Shown here: piece by piece, positions 18,314 to 27,270 of the stretch
Numbering within the stretch: the stretch's first letter is position 1
Layout: the number at the start of each line of letters is the position of its first letter
Translations under genes and position numbers: made by a program
The notes under the pieces: model-generated
Told to the model about the DNA's origin: nothing
Seen by the model: only the letters and a program-made list of their open reading frames with translations
The model's database searches: none
Source of the DNA: a phage
DNA length: 64,000 nt
Sequence record: NC_100371.1
Direction: 5' to 3' (one strand)

Positions 18314-19498
18314 TCAAGCTTTAGCTAAAATGGCGCTAAACTCTTCACCAAACTCTTTTACAATCTTCATCAGGTTTGGGTATGCTTTGATCAGCTGAGC
18401 AACGATCTTGTCCCTGCCTTTACCAATAAGTAAGGCATTTCCTAAGGCGTTAGGTTTCATCATCGCCATAAAGACTGAGAATACAAAGTCTCGGTTCTCA
18501 TCCTTGAAATTTTCCCAAAGGAAATCAAGGAAGTTTGCCACACAGCTGACGAGATCTTCGTCGGAGATACTTGCATTTTCCATCATATTACGAATAGCGA
18601 TACAACCTTCAGACCCCAGAATCCACAAGATGTCTGGCTGCTTAGGACCTACATATTCTTTGCAGCCTCCTGCCATAATCCGACCGATTTCTGGCAAGTT
18701 TCGTTTCTTGGTGTGGTAGGTCCAAATTTCTACCGCTGCAGTGTGACCAATTGCACCTTGTAGAAGGACACGGGCCATAGCGTCAGAAATAATACCGCTG
18801 TCAAAATCGTGCAGGATGTCAGATGCAGCAACCCAAGATCGCGGTGTAGCAAAAGATGGACAATTAATCTCAGCCATGGCCTCATAATTATCGATGGCTG
18901 ATGGGACTCTTTTCAGATATCCAATTACCGAGGAGTGCACCCCATTAAGGAATGCATAGTCCTCAATAAACACCTCTGCACTGCTTGTAACTTCTACAAT
19001 GATAAAGCGGTTAGCTAGAGGAGCTTCGAGCGCCGAAAGAACAGCACCGTCTGTAGCACGGTTACCTGCAGCTACAAAAACAGAGCCCTTAGGAAATGCA
19101 TAGGTGCCGCACTTGTGGTCGAGCATAATTTGCATTGCAACCTTCTGCAGGTAGTTATCTGCATGAGTAAGCTCATCTAGAAAGATAATTCCGCTCCAGT
19201 CCGGATCTGCAGGCCAAAATTCTGGAATTGCAAACACTGTGCGTGTAGTCCCATCCGACTCTACAGGGATAGGTAGCCCAGATAAGTCAGCAGGATCTTT
19301 ATCTGACAACCGCACGTCAACCAGGTTGTCATCTCGCTCACCGAACATATTATCAGCAATCTGCTTCATCACCTGGCTCTTCCCCACGCCCATCGGTCCT
19401 AAAATCAGGACAGATCGGTTATGACGCTGGGCAAATTGAATAATAGCTGGCAACTCGCGGACAGTGATTTGACCACTTTCGAATACGTTTCTTGACAT
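18314..19498 (-). CDS. MoxR-family AAA+ ATPase (AAA_5; CobS/RavA-like)
   Basis: 394 aa. Walker A ILGPMGVGKS, Walker B IIFLDELTHA, sensor/arginine region AAGNRATDG ... ANRF typical of MoxR/CobS AAA+ proteins. Confidence 0.8.
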   Translation of the reverse strand: MSRNVFESGQITVRELPAIIQFAQRHNRSVLILGPMGVGKSQVMKQIADNMFGERDDNLVDVRLSDKDPADLSGLPIPVESDGTTRTVFAIPEFWPADPDWSGIIFLDELTHADNYLQKVAMQIMLDHKCGTYAFPKGSVFVAAGNRATDGAVLSALEAPLANRFIIVEVTSSAEVFIEDYAFLNGVHSSVIGYLKRVPSAIDNYEAMAEINCPSFATPRSWVAASDILHDFDSGIISDAMARVLLQGAIGHTAAVEIWTYHTKKRNLPEIGRIMAGGCKEYVGPKQPDILWILGSEGCIAIRNMMENASISDEDLVSCVANFLDFLWENFKDENRDFVFSVFMAMMKPNALGNALLIGKGRDKIVAQLIKAYPNLMKIVKEFGEEFSAILAKA

Positions 19499-19767
19499 TA
19501 GTAAAAGTCCTCTACTTGTGTGTAAGTGTTTTCAAAGTTTTCCAAAACAGACATCACATCGGATCTGTCAATATCATACGCAACTCTCCAGCCATATGCA
19601 ACCCTTTCTGCTGTTGCCTCTTCTGGCGCTAGTCGTCTGCTGGCATAAAAGAGTGTTGGAGTACACTTTCTTGCTTGCCCTCTAACTTTCCCATAATAAT
19701 ATCTGTGAATATCTTTGTCAAAATTTAATTCTTTTTCTGCACGAAGTTCGTACTGCTGGTATAACAT
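19498..19767 (-). CDS. hypothetical protein (89 aa)
   Basis: Co-oriented ORF; 1-nt overlap with the MoxR gene. Confidence 0.4.
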   Translation of the reverse strand: MLYQQYELRAEKELNFDKDIHRYYYGKVRGQARKCTPTLFYASRRLAPEEATAERVAYGWRVAYDIDRSDVMSVLENFENTYTQVEDFY

Positions 19768-19811
19768 CTCTACTGCTCCTTAAGCAGCATCCTTGCCGCC
19801 ATCCCTACCCA

Positions 19812-20192
19812 CTAAAATGCAGTCCGAATCCAGACAAGGTTCTTATCTGCCCAATCATAGAGGCAAGTCATTGCACTATTGAATTGCTCACACGGAGGAT
19901 AATCTTCTTCCATCTTGCGCATAGCAGAGCCTTGTGGGTAAAGCTCCCGTGCTGCAAACCACGCGTCGTAGTCATCAACGGTATCGAAGTAGTATACAAC
20001 ATCCTCCAACTCAGGATCGAACTTTGAACTATCAGGATCCAGCCGTTCAGGGAACTTGGAGCGTAACTTGCCAGCCACAATACTTGCCAACTCGCTAACA
20101 TGTTTGTTGTCCCACTCTACCAGTTTCCCGTCTTCAGTTATGCGTCCTAACCACTGATCATGAAGGTCAACTGTTGTCTTCCACTGGGCCAT
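19812..20192 (-). CDS. hypothetical protein (126 aa)
   Basis: Co-oriented ORF. Confidence 0.45.
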   Translation of the reverse strand: MAQWKTTVDLHDQWLGRITEDGKLVEWDNKHVSELASIVAGKLRSKFPERLDPDSSKFDPELEDVVYYFDTVDDYDAWFAARELYPQGSAMRKMEEDYPPCEQFNSAMTCLYDWADKNLVWIRTAF

Positions 20193-20194
20193 TA

Positions 20195-20452
20195 TCAGTC
20201 TACCTCTTCTTCTCGTTGCAGTTCAAGATACCCATAGGTCTGGATATCTTCAAAGGTGTGGAACTCTCCATCTGCCGCTAAGGCACGGACAACCTGGCAT
20301 AGAGTTTTATAAGGTACTTTCTCCAAACCCAGATTCAGCGCAGGAAAAACCTTATCTAAGTCAACAAAATATACAAACTGTAGCTCACCAGTTTCAAAAG
20401 GCGTATCTTCGATAAACATCTTCTCGGCATTAGTTAAGATTTGCACTTTCAT
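20195..20452 (-). CDS. hypothetical protein (85 aa)
   Basis: Co-oriented ORF; tightly packed. Confidence 0.4.
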   Translation of the reverse strand: MKVQILTNAEKMFIEDTPFETGELQFVYFVDLDKVFPALNLGLEKVPYKTLCQVVRALAADGEFHTFEDIQTYGYLELQREEEVD

Positions 20453-20808
20453 TATTCTGCCTCCTCTTCTTTTTCTTCAGCATTAGTTTCAGTACCACCC
20501 CACTCTGGAGTTTCCACCTCGACAGTAAACTCACGCACTACACGGTAATTGCCCATGAAGCGCTCCACTTCTTCAAGGCTTATGGAGAGGCCATTGGCAA
20601 CCAAGTCTGCAGCACCCTTCTCTACCAGGTAGTCCAGATTGGCTTCCAAGGCTTCAGGCTCAAACCCTGTCAATGCAATCATATAACCTTCCCCTTCATC
20701 AGGGAGGGCAATACAGCCCAACTGATTTTCTTTAAAAAAGCAGTGACCATCACTATTGATTGGTTGCTCATTGCAGTAAATAGCTGCACGATAAGTAACT
20801 TTAGACAT
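20452..20808 (-). CDS. hypothetical protein (118 aa), acidic C-terminus
   Basis: Co-oriented ORF; C-terminal AEEKEEEAE tail. Confidence 0.45.
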   Translation of the reverse strand: MSKVTYRAAIYCNEQPINSDGHCFFKENQLGCIALPDEGEGYMIALTGFEPEALEANLDYLVEKGAADLVANGLSISLEEVERFMGNYRVVREFTVEVETPEWGGTETNAEEKEEEAE

Positions 20809-20820
20809 TGATAGGCCTCC

Positions 20821-21099
20821 TTAGGCAACTGTCATTTTACATTCTTGAAATTTTAGCACAAGACGGTGATTGTGTCTAGTGTCTAAAAAGATTTTTTCAA
20901 CCATCAGGCACACGGTATAACCGTCTGTCTTGTTGACAACAAAATCCCCAGGGTGAGGGAGAATGTCCCCAGGATTGGGGAAACATAACCCGCTCAAGAA
21001 GGCATCATCGGTGGTGGACTTAATGGATTTCCACACACTATCTGCCTGAACATTCTCACCAACATAATATACACTACCACATGACTTCATCATAGTCAA
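20821..21099 (-). CDS. hypothetical protein (92 aa)
   Basis: Co-oriented ORF. Confidence 0.4.
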   Translation of the reverse strand: MTMMKSCGSVYYVGENVQADSVWKSIKSTTDDAFLSGLCFPNPGDILPHPGDFVVNKTDGYTVCLMVEKIFLDTRHNHRLVLKFQECKMTVA

Positions 21100-21995
21100 A
21101 TCTCCGCGTAAATTAAACTGGAATCAGTATACTTCTTTAGTGGGTAAATATCCTGTCCATAGATGCCGTCATTAAACACCTCATCTACCCAAAGGCTACA
21201 CTTATATCCCATCATCTCTAAAACACCCATCTCTTCTTCGGTAAACTTATCACCGCTCTTGCAAGATGTCAACACCTCATTCTGTACTCTTGCTACCTCG
21301 AAGCGATTATTGGCAATATCGCTATTGGCGATCAAATACTCACCTAAAGGGTGTGCGGCATTAAAGATGCACAGTGGGCGGTTGACGTAATAGTCTCCAG
21401 GTGTATAAAAATTATTGAGGTCTTTCACTAGGACATTCTTATCAGTCACTTCATTTATAACATCATGCATATCGCACATCTTTATATGTTTGAGGATTCC
21501 ATCCCCCATCACAAAATAAAAACTTGCTGAGACACTCTCGGCATAGATCTTACTAGATCCGTTGTAGTTGTATTTTACTCGGATGCTAACGGGGGTTTTT
21601 CCTGTCGCGTTAGCCATCATCCAAAGAAATGGCAGCTCATACTTCTCCTCTGAGGAAACAAAAGGTGAAGTTGCCAGAGATCGGAAACCTCCAGAGAAGT
21701 TGAAAGTTACAGAACCGCTCCGGCGGTATGATACTGCGTATTCCACTTTTATATCAACATATCCGTTGGAGTAAGTATGCCCTCCATTATCAAGGTATGT
21801 CCACTTATCTGACCCAGATACCAACCTCCGCTCAATTACCTTCATCACTACAGGGATTAGCGGATTAGTACAAACCGATTTTGAAGTAGCTTTATCATCC
21901 AAAGCCTCGTAAATTGCAGAAAGGATATCACCTGCTGAGAGATTGGTTGTGATATCTTGTTTCCACCTGGTGCTAAAACTGTTAAGATTTGCCAT
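21096..21995 (-). CDS. hypothetical protein (299 aa), first gene of the leftward operon
   Basis: ATG at 21995 with AGGAG RBS; immediately downstream of the minus-strand promoter. Confidence 0.5.
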   Translation of the reverse strand: MANLNSFSTRWKQDITTNLSAGDILSAIYEALDDKATSKSVCTNPLIPVVMKVIERRLVSGSDKWTYLDNGGHTYSNGYVDIKVEYAVSYRRSGSVTFNFSGGFRSLATSPFVSSEEKYELPFLWMMANATGKTPVSIRVKYNYNGSSKIYAESVSASFYFVMGDGILKHIKMCDMHDVINEVTDKNVLVKDLNNFYTPGDYYVNRPLCIFNAAHPLGEYLIANSDIANNRFEVARVQNEVLTSCKSGDKFTEEEMGVLEMMGYKCSLWVDEVFNDGIYGQDIYPLKKYTDSSLIYAEI

Positions 21996-22035
21996 GAGTA
22001 AGTGCTCCTATGTTAGTTTTCTTTTGAATGGGTGC

Positions 22036-22064
22036 ACTATATCGTGGATTTAGAGTAAAGTCAA
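22036..22064 (-). promoter_or_regulatory. sigma70-type promoter, leftward (-35 TTGACT, 17-nt spacer, -10 TATAGT)
   Basis: Read on minus strand: TTGACT-N17-TATAGT in the divergent intergenic region upstream of gene 21096..21995. Confidence 0.6.
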
Positions 22065-22077
22065 TACGTTTTTCAGG

Positions 22078-22106
22078 TTGACATCTTCTCAGGCACTTGG
22101 TAAGAT
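22078..22106 (+). promoter_or_regulatory. sigma70-type promoter, rightward (-35 TTGACA, 17-nt spacer, -10 TAAGAT)
   Basis: TTGACA at 22078-22083, 17-nt spacer, TAAGAT at 22101-22106; upstream of the first plus-strand gene. Confidence 0.6.
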
Positions 22107-22138
22107 TTCTCCACCCACAGAGAACAAGAGACAACTCA

Positions 22139-23127
22139 TGAATCTTGAAAAATATTATACACCAGAAGAGTTAGAGCGCTTGCTCAAAAAATACAGACGC
22201 AAACAGAATAACGCACGGAAACGGGATATAGAGTTCAACCTGTCATGGGAAGAATATCTCCTATTTGGTAAAAAACTTTTAGGAGAGGGAGTATGCGACT
22301 ATACCCTTATACCTTTCGACATGCACACAGATGAAAACGGACTGGGAAATCCTTTCTACCCATCTCTAGAGCGGATAGATGATGAAGGTCCTTATGCGGT
22401 TGATAACTGTTGTGTGGTAGGATTGAGATGCAACTCTCTAAAGGACTGTCTGGTAGATAAAAAGACCGCAGTCTTGATTAAAGACAAAACTGATCGAAAA
22501 ATTGTCCAGCAGATGATGCTCCACCTGAGCGAAGAGCGTATGGAGAAATTGAAAGGTGATTACACTTTTGAAGATTTCATCTTGCAATATGGAACGGAAG
22601 AGGATAAACTAGCACTCTTTGACGAAGAATGGGAGGAAGATATGTCACCAATGCAGGATTTTAAAAACTTCATGGCTAATCGTGGAGCCAACAAGCACAT
22701 TTCTGACATTGTAAACGAGCCTGCAGTAGAGGAGATTGAAGAGATGACGCAACAGGCTTACGAAGAGGAAAAAGAGCCTCAAGGGGTCGAAGAAGAGCTT
22801 ACAGAAGAGGTTCCTGCACTGCCTGACGATGTTGAGATTGCCAAAGCTTACACTTTCTATTGCCAGACGTTCTACGATGCAGGTATGAAAGTTGATCTGT
22901 CATTCAGCCAGTTTAAGAGCACATACATTCGAAAATGTTGTGCTTTAACTGGTGAACGTCTCGGTGCCGGACTTAAACCCCTATTAGTTACCGACTGGAA
23001 CAAAGGTTTCACCAAAGGTAACTTCATGGTAGTATCTCCAATCATGGAGAAGGCTATGACAGACCTTATGAAGACCACTCGCATGACAATGACCGAGTTG
23101 GCTGGTATTTTCAAGCACGTTAAATAA
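22139..23127 (+). CDS. hypothetical protein with internal duplication and acidic linker
   Basis: ORF track 22078..23127 starts at a TTG inside the promoter; ATG at 22139 preferred. Two related segments (…SLERIDDEGPYAVDNCCVV… / …LTGERLGAGLKPLLVTDWNKGF…NFMVV…) separated by a Glu-rich region. Confidence 0.5.
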
Positions 23128-23160
23128 TGACAGGGGCCAATGGCCCCTTCTGGAGTTTTA

Positions 23161-24621
23161 ATGGATAGCAGAAGTTCAGAAATCATTACCGCACAAAAAG
23201 ATGATGCCTTGCGAATGCTGCAGGCCGCTCGCATGTACCTTCTTGAAAAGCTGCCGTTTTATGGCACACTGTTGTCAGGGTTACAGTTCGTAGAAAACCA
23301 CACATGGTGCTCCACTATGGCAACAGACCATAAACGCATCTACTACAGTCCTGAGTTCATTATGGGGTTGGCAGATGAGCGTAAAACCATTCTTAAAGCA
23401 TCTCTGACTGACAAGCAGTTTGAGATGGCTGAAGTTTTCTATTCCCCAAAATCTGTGAAAGAGGTGGCCTTTCTTCTGTCACATGAGGTGGGGCATATTA
23501 TCTGTGATCATCTGGTCCGTGGTAAAAGCTTTGAGCCGGAACTGTTCAATATTGCTTGTGATCACGTTATCAACACAGGTCTTGTGGTTGACTTTAGCAA
23601 GCCTCCTTGTGTTTTCTTCCCGAAGGGGAAAAGCACTGAGTTCGTAAAAGGTAAGCCTTTTGGCTTCTTAGCCAGTTGCTACTGCGACATGGAGTTTCAT
23701 GGATGGATTGCTGAGAACGTCTATGCAGTTCTTGATAAACAAAGAGATCAGAATAGCGGTAAAAGTAAGAACGGTAAAGGTGAGAACTCCCAAGGAGATA
23801 AACGACAAACCGATGATCACATGAGTGGGAACGGTGGCACCAGTGATGATCTTGGAAAGGCTATGGGGTATGATCAGCCGCAACCAGTAATCAGTCAATC
23901 TGATAAAGATCAGGCCATGCAGGACTCTGGTGACATGTTGGAAGCAGCAATGCAAGCTTCAGGAGGTCGTTGCCCCGAGGCGGTGCGCGAGTTTGTCAAA
24001 AACAGAGGCAAGCCTGTAATCAATTATATAGATATTATTAAGCAACGTATGTTATCTAAAAGAAAGGCTGAGTTAACCTACAGAAAACCTGGTCGCCGAT
24101 CTGGGTCTTTGACCACCACAATGCGAAAAGTTGGAGCTATAAACAAGAATCAACACGTTATTGTTCCTGGTCGTAATCCGGAAAACACTATAGATATTGT
24201 AGTGGCTTTAGACGTTTCTGGATCGATCTCACAAAGAACTTTAAAGAAAATGTTCAATGAGATCACCGGGTTGTGCAATTTGTATAAAGAGTTTAAGGTT
24301 ACGATGTTCTGTTGGTCAACCGAGGTTGGAGAGGTTAAAGTATACACTCGCGGTAACATCGATGAGATGATCAACTATGAGGTCCACTCAACATGGGGCA
24401 CAACAGCCGCCTGCGTGTTCGAGTATCTGGATGCTAACATACCGAATGCAAAAGATGTCATCGTCCTTACCGATCTCTACTTTGAGCATAACTTTGAACA
24501 AAAGGCTGTTGACAACAAGTGGAAAAAGTACGATACTTTATGGGTTCTCACTGAAGGGTATAATAAAAATTATATCCCGAGCTTTGGGAAAACTGTGGAA
24601 TTAATCGAGTACGTTAAATAA
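23161..24621 (+). CDS. HExxH metallopeptidase-like / von Willebrand factor A (vWA) domain protein
   Basis: N-terminal HExxH (LLSHEVGHIICDH); C-terminal vWA with MIDAS DxSGS (VVALDVSGSIS) and VIVLTDLYF. Preferred start ATG 23161 (GGAG RBS) after hairpin 23132-23148; ORF-track start 23140. Confidence 0.7.
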   Translation: MDSRSSEIITAQKDDALRMLQAARMYLLEKLPFYGTLLSGLQFVENHTWCSTMATDHKRIYYSPEFIMGLADERKTILKASLTDKQFEMAEVFYSPKSVKEVAFLLSHEVGHIICDHLVRGKSFEPELFNIACDHVINTGLVVDFSKPPCVFFPKGKSTEFVKGKPFGFLASCYCDMEFHGWIAENVYAVLDKQRDQNSGKSKNGKGENSQGDKRQTDDHMSGNGGTSDDLGKAMGYDQPQPVISQSDKDQAMQDSGDMLEAAMQASGGRCPEAVREFVKNRGKPVINYIDIIKQRMLSKRKAELTYRKPGRRSGSLTTTMRKVGAINKNQHVIVPGRNPENTIDIVVALDVSGSISQRTLKKMFNEITGLCNLYKEFKVTMFCWSTEVGEVKVYTRGNIDEMINYEVHSTWGTTAACVFEYLDANIPNAKDVIVLTDLYFEHNFEQKAVDNKWKKYDTLWVLTEGYNKNYIPSFGKTVELIEYVK

Positions 24622-24636
24622 AGGAGGAGATTATTT

Positions 24637-24900
24637 ATGGCAACAGAGTTAAAATTTGCATCCAACCGTAAAACTAAGAAGTATCTGTCTTCAGTAGCTC
24701 CAGGTACTGTGGTGATGTTTGTTGATGAACTTGGAGATGTGAATACAGCACTTGTTGTGAGATCACATCCTGCAAACATATATGTTGGGGTATTTGACCT
24801 GTTCAGAAAGGTGTTTGCAGAACTACCTCACACCTTGGTTGTTACAGAAATGGATGCCTGCATAGAAATTCTTGGCGAAGTTATGGTGGAGGAACAATAA
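24637..24900 (+). CDS. hypothetical small protein, tandem paralog 1 of 4 (87 aa)
   Basis: AAGGAGGAG RBS; MAT...GTVV...D..G pattern shared with the next three genes. Confidence 0.55.
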   Translation: MATELKFASNRKTKKYLSSVAPGTVVMFVDELGDVNTALVVRSHPANIYVGVFDLFRKVFAELPHTLVVTEMDACIEILGEVMVEEQ

Positions 24901-25163
24901 TGGCTACTAGCATTGTATTCAATTCTAAAGTGAAGAACAAAAAGCGTGCAGACAGTTTTCCATGTGGGACCGTGGTAAGTTGTGACGGAGACGGCATTCA
25001 AAACATAGTTATGATTGTCAAAACAGGGGAACATTGTGTATGGGGGTTCGATTTAGAAAATAATGAGTTGTACGATCTGCCACCAAACATGAAAGTTACA
25101 GAGCTTGACACCAAAATTACCATCCTTGGAGAGACAAGCTATTCAAAAGAAGGAGGAGAATAA
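24900..25163 (+). CDS. hypothetical small protein, tandem paralog 2 of 4 (87 aa)
   Basis: TAATG stop/start overlap; same length and pattern (MATSIVF...CGTVVSCDGDG). Confidence 0.55.
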   Translation: MATSIVFNSKVKNKKRADSFPCGTVVSCDGDGIQNIVMIVKTGEHCVWGFDLENNELYDLPPNMKVTELDTKITILGETSYSKEGGE

Positions 25164-25426
25164 TGACCACGAAAATCACCATTGCAGAACCAAAAGCTAA
25201 CACGCAACCTATCGAAAAGTTTAAATGCGGTGAGGTGGTAACATTTACACCAGATAATGAAGATGCTAAGATTTTTGCCATGGTAACAGCCGAGTGGATG
25301 TGTGACAATACCACACAGGTGCTGCGTTTTGACACCTATCTTACAGATGAAATCAGGAACGACAAGATCGTGACTGGTGTGGATACTGAGATTATTTTCT
25401 ACAAGAGCTTTTTAGAGGGTTTCTGA
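25163..25426 (+). CDS. hypothetical small protein, tandem paralog 3 of 4 (87 aa)
   Basis: TAATG overlap; KFKCGEVVTF pattern. Confidence 0.55.
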   Translation: MTTKITIAEPKANTQPIEKFKCGEVVTFTPDNEDAKIFAMVTAEWMCDNTTQVLRFDTYLTDEIRNDKIVTGVDTEIIFYKSFLEGF

Positions 25427-25427
25427 T

Positions 25428-25661
25428 ATGGCAAAAATTCGTAAATTATCCAGCAATCAGGTTGTGAAAGACTTTGAATCTGGAGAGATCTTGTATGTCC
25501 GTGATGCAGATGATGAATGTGAAGATCTTGTTATGCTGGTAGGGCACGCTGAAGACGGATGCATCCAGGCTGTTTTTCTTGAAACAGCGATGGTGCACTG
25601 GATAGAGCTGGACCTGAAAGCACGAAAACCTAAAGCAGAAATCATTATTTACGAAGATTAA
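25428..25661 (+). CDS. hypothetical small protein, tandem paralog 4 of 4 (77 aa, more divergent)
   Basis: Adjacent, co-oriented; FESGEILYVRDADDECEDLVMLV pattern resembles paralogs 1-3. Confidence 0.5.
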   Translation: MAKIRKLSSNQVVKDFESGEILYVRDADDECEDLVMLVGHAEDGCIQAVFLETAMVHWIELDLKARKPKAEIIIYED

Positions 25662-25677
25662 CAAGAAGGAGAGAGCC

Positions 25678-26127
25678 GTGTTGAGCAAACGTGAATGCGA
25701 CAGCATTAGCCTGAATTCTTATAAGAAACAATGGTTTGGGGTAGAAGTTTGCCGACTACGGCTGGGCTCCTACTTGAACTTCGTCTATTATGAGAGTGAC
25801 AGTCGTATCGTTTCTTATGAAGTGTTCTACACTAAGAATACATTCGAGCTGAGACGTAAGGTGGATGGCGGGAGATCTACCGCCCAGAATAATTGGGAAA
25901 CTATTCTGCCTCCAGATGTTATAGGAAGTCCCCTGAATGTATCTGAAGATGAAAATCTTATGGTTCATGCTATGATGGGACTTGACAGCTTAGAGCTGGC
26001 GATCTATGATATGTCTATCGAAGCAGTTAAGCTGGACTACATCGAAAACACTTTAGAGGAAGGTATCAAGAAGTTTCTCGGTGAGAAATTGAAAGCCCAC
26101 TTTCATAAGGAGCTATATCTGTTATGA
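25678..26127 (+). CDS. hypothetical protein (149 aa)
   Basis: ORF with AAGGAGAG RBS; non-ATG (GTG/TTG) start likely. Confidence 0.45.
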   Translation: MLSKRECDSISLNSYKKQWFGVEVCRLRLGSYLNFVYYESDSRIVSYEVFYTKNTFELRRKVDGGRSTAQNNWETILPPDVIGSPLNVSEDENLMVHAMMGLDSLELAIYDMSIEAVKLDYIENTLEEGIKKFLGEKLKAHFHKELYLL

Positions 26128-26369
26128 AGACCCGTAAAGAACGTAACAAGATTTTACCTGGCGCTCTCGAACACATGATGAAGTGCAGATCTATCTGGCA
26201 CTCTGCCAAGGAGGGGCAGCATGTGGTCGTGGTTAGTGATAATGCCAACCCGTTCGGTGATTATGTCACCATGATGACTCCATACATCCGCGACGGTGTT
26301 GTGGAAGTGGTTCCTTATAGTGGTCTGCATGAGAGGCATTTTGAGAGCACTTTGCTAGTGGAGCTATAA
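26124..26369 (+). CDS. hypothetical protein (81 aa)
   Basis: ATGA overlap with the upstream gene. Confidence 0.45.
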   Translation: MKTRKERNKILPGALEHMMKCRSIWHSAKEGQHVVVVSDNANPFGDYVTMMTPYIRDGVVEVVPYSGLHERHFESTLLVEL

Positions 26370-26371
26370 TT

Positions 26372-26938
26372 ATGGCGGTCAATGTGGCTTACAACACAGG
26401 AAAGCTTGACAGAGACATTGGGTGTCTTGTCCTTTCAGATACAGAGGAGTATTGGGGTTATGGGTTGCTGTCAGACCCACACCCGAGCAACCTTGTATCA
26501 ACAGTGCTATATCGCTACGACCCTGTACCAACGGTGCACGACAAAGATATTCACGACCTTCGGGTCAAGTGTCTGGAAGATCTTCTGAACAATGGCTGCA
26601 ACGATCTGCAGGTAGCCAAGGAGAAGCTTACAAACATCCACAAAGAGGAAGTGATGAGCACCCTCAGTAAGAGGTCAGTGCACAAAAAGATGATGCTGAA
26701 CTTTGCAATGGGTATCTACATGGATGGGTATAAGGGAGGGGATCCGATCCTCAAGCTTCGCTGCCCAACACTGTGGGAAAGAGTGGTTGACAGTAAGGAC
26801 GGTACTGCCCTGCTAGAACTCCACACTGCAGGTTGGATTTGGCGGTATGTAGACGGATACCCTCTGTGGGCATGTGGACCCGGTGAGTTTGTTGACAGAC
26901 CTAGCGCGGTGGTGGATTTGCTATTGCAGTTTGAATAA
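26372..26938 (+). CDS. hypothetical protein (188 aa)
   Basis: Co-oriented ORF, 2-nt spacing from the upstream gene. Confidence 0.5.
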   Translation: MAVNVAYNTGKLDRDIGCLVLSDTEEYWGYGLLSDPHPSNLVSTVLYRYDPVPTVHDKDIHDLRVKCLEDLLNNGCNDLQVAKEKLTNIHKEEVMSTLSKRSVHKKMMLNFAMGIYMDGYKGGDPILKLRCPTLWERVVDSKDGTALLELHTAGWIWRYVDGYPLWACGPGEFVDRPSAVVDLLLQFE

Positions 26939-26994
26939 AAGGTGAGTTATAAAGCATTCATACACCTATCAACAATACAACAAGAGAGACTGAG

Positions 26995-27270
26995 ATGACG
27001 AAAGAAGAAGCTGACGTATTAGACTTTGCACTAGAGGCTACGCAAGAGGCTCTAGTGTTAGCTTGGAAAATGAACCAACGTGCTGCAGAATGCAACCGCC
27101 GAATCAATGAGATCCTGGGTATGTCTATGTATGATTTCACCATGCATGCTGGAGAGATTCCTGAATTAACTGCTGAGATGAATGATCTTGACAATAAAAT
27201 TAATATCATTCTGAAGACAGCAGAAACAACTCACCAAACCGCCCGTAAATTTATCAACGAGAAGGTGTGA
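26995..27270 (+). CDS. hypothetical protein (91 aa), predicted helical
   Basis: Co-oriented ORF. Confidence 0.45.
   Translation: MTKEEADVLDFALEATQEALVLAWKMNQRAAECNRRINEILGMSMYDFTMHAGEIPELTAEMNDLDNKINIILKTAETTHQTARKFINEKV

Noticed and set aside
19768-19811. Weak 5-bp stem (ctgct…agcag) between small genes
   Set aside because: Too short and not followed by a U tract; not called as a terminator.
22078-22138. N-terminal extension of the first plus-strand gene from TTG at 22078
   Set aside because: The TTG is the first three bases of the -35 TTGACA; the coding start is more likely the ATG at 22139.
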